Shown here: positions 61,861 to 64,000 of the stretch, piece by piece
Position numbering within the stretch: position 1 is the stretch's first letter
Layout of the letters: the number at the start of each line of letters is the position of its first letter
Assembly: GCA_047967505.1 (NCBI GenBank)
Contig: CM106538.1
Length of the DNA: 64,000 nt
Strand: one strand, 5' to 3'
DNA from: Dipteris shenzhenensis
Lineage: Eukaryota
Program-made: the position numbers and the translations under genes
Notes under the pieces: model-generated
Told to the model about the DNA's origin: nothing
Database searches by the model: none
Seen by the model: only the letters and a program-made list of their open reading frames with translations

Positions 61861-63846
61861 ATGGAGACCTTTGGAACAATGAATCTTGCAGTTACATGGC
61901 TGCCAGATTGGGTTTTGTATTGCCTCATCGGAGGAGCCTTTGTTGTGGGTTTGCTGGTCGTTTACGTCTGTTACCCCATCTGGGCAGTGAAGCACATCCC
62001 TTGCCCTCCCTATGCTCTCCCCGGGTTGGGTCATCTTCTTCTTTTCTATAAGCTCAAGGAGGAGCTCTTTGTGAAGCTCGCCCGGGCCTACGGAGCCGTC
62101 TACAGGTCTGTCTCCCAAACTTTGTTGTAGGCGGGTCTGTCAACGGCCTTGCTCCGAGATTTTGTTGTGGAGTATCTATTGCCGGTTTTTGCTCCACTGA
62201 CCCGAGCTTTTCCCTGGAGTACAGATTGCACATCGGACGGCAGCCCTATGTTATCATTGCCGATGCGGAACTGTGCAAGGAACTGTGCATCAAGCAGTTC
62301 AAATCTGCCACGGACCGTAATCCTCCGCCTTACATCGAGACTGTCCCGGTTCTTAACCGTGGTCTCTTTTTCACCAGGTAATTGAAACCTCATCGTCTGC
62401 CAAGATTTCTGTACACTCGCCTTCGGGTGTGATTCTGCTTTTTGCTTATCCTTACTCGGCTCGTCGCACAGAGGCAACAAATGGTCATCTTTGCGCAACA
62501 TCCAGCTCCCTTTCTACCATTCTGATCAGATGCGCAAATACGTACCATTGATGAGCCGTATCATCGACAACCTGTTGACTGAGCTGGCTACTAAGACAGA
62601 GAGCGAAGACGTGGAAGTTTGCGACTATCTGATGAGGATGACGGTAGACGTCATTGGAGAGGCTGCATTCGGCACACAATTCGGATGTCTCAAGGGACAG
62701 AAATCGGGAGACCCTGAAAGTTTGGAATCAAAATTAATTCTTTGTGCACAGAGATTTATCGCTGCACTCCGGTTGGACGAAAAAGCTCCATTAAGCACAA
62801 TCGTTGGAGTCTTCTTGCCTGTCTTACAGCAACCAGTACGAAAGTTTCTGGCTATGTTCCCCTCGACAGGTGATGGGGATCAAGAAATGTGCGCTCTCAA
62901 TCTGCAAAACGTGTTGAGTCAAATCGTTTCACAGAGAAAGCGGCAGGTTGGAAACGAGAACCGGATCGATGGATTGTCCTTGCTACTAAACGCAAAGAAG
63001 GACGCACCACAACTCCTTACAGACGATTACGTAGGTGGGCTGACTTTCGAGATGCTTCTGACCGGGTCGGAGACCACCTCAACAACGCTCTCTTTTGCCC
63101 TGTATCTAATCTCTGGCCATCCGGAGGTTGAACGCAAGCTGGTGAAAGAAATAGATGCTTTTGGGCCACACGATCGCAAACCCACCTATGAGGATCTCGA
63201 CCGGTTTCCCTACGTGGAACAGGTATGGCGCGGAGCTCTAGATCGTAAGACTCTTCCATGGAATTCCTATCCGAAACTGATTTACTGCACAATTGGAAGC
63301 GTAGGTAATAAAAGAAGCGCTACGATACTACACCCCGTCACCGATAATTGCTCGTGAGATATTGAAAGACATGGAGCTAGGCGGTTACCGTCTTAAGAAG
63401 GTACGAGATGCAGCAAAGCTGGCAAACACAGTCGGATTTCTAAGATCAGATCAGCCATGTTTTGGTATAGGTATCTTTGTGATCCGCTCAATCATGCTTG
63501 TTATGTGGTGCTATGACAGGGCACTGCGGTGTGGCTGGCGATGAACGCCGTGTTGTGGGATCCGAAACATTTTCCAGAGCCAGATAAGTTCAGGCCAGAG
63601 AGATTCGATCCGAACTGCGAGGAAAACAAGGCGAGGCACCCATATGCATTCAGCCCTTTTGGGATGGGGCCTCGGATCTGCATAGGCTATAAGTTCTCGA
63701 TGCAGGAAGCCAAGATGGCATTGATAATGCTGTACCAAAGGTTCACGTTCGAGCATTCTCCTGCAATGGAGAAGCCTCTAGCCATGCACTTCGGCATTAT
63801 TCGTCGCCCTAAGTTTGGTGTGAGGTTGCGAGTTCATCCACGTTGA
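61861..63846 (+). CDS. CYP711A: Cytochrome P450, CYP711 family (MAX1-like); exons 61861-62105, 62225-62377, 62472-63222, 63305-63400, 63520-63846 (523 aa)
   Basis: All four introns are GT-AG and splice into one open frame of 1572 nt. N-terminal membrane anchor. MAX1-like segment [25 protein letters not shown]...GLFFTR. I-helix TGSETT, ExxR (KEALR), PERF and heme motif FGMGPRICIG. Confidence 0.92.
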
Positions 63847-63980
63847 TGTAAACATTGGCACTTAATGAAACAGGCCTAACAAACGCGTGTGTGTGTGTCT
63901 TTGTTAGGTTTGTGTGCCTTGTTTCCTTGTGATTGAATTTTCAATATAGCATTCTACGGCCTGGTTTTACTAAGGGAAAA

Positions 63981-64000
63981 CTCTCTCTCTCTCTCTCTCT
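63981..64000. repeat. (CT)n microsatellite, runs off the window end
   Basis: Directly visible. Confidence 0.95.

Noticed and set aside
61629-63292. Overlapping alternative-frame and antisense ORFs over the P450
   Set aside because: Explained as shadows of the GC-richer spliced CDS.

Overview
Eukaryotic, land-plant-type, repeat-dense DNA. A large-genome non-seed plant such as a fern is plausible but not provable from the sequence. About 46% of the window is one Ty1/copia LTR-retrotransposon family, here called family A (~353-bp LTRs, tRNA-iMet PBS). It has six insertions and ten LTRs: three full-length with TSDs, one of them nested inside another copy, and none with an intact gag-pol. These sit among decayed Ty3/gypsy elements (tRNA-Ala and tRNA-Glu PBSs, one with an extra RNase H), a second copia family fragment, an L1-type LINE, tandem repeats and GA microsatellites. 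The only intact host gene is a 5-exon cytochrome P450 of the CYP711 (MAX1-like) family at 61861-63846. The most unusual signal is a ~1-kb island (44570-45576) trapped between two copia copies. It holds a spliced-looking exon matching the RAG1/Transib catalytic H-x4-H...E motif, then a G-rich tract, a telo-box/site-II/TATA promoter and an ORF starting with a histone-H3-tail-like peptide. A decayed ParB-like ORF (15.0-16.1 kb) is also unexplained. All family assignments are by eye from remembered motifs; no database search was possible.
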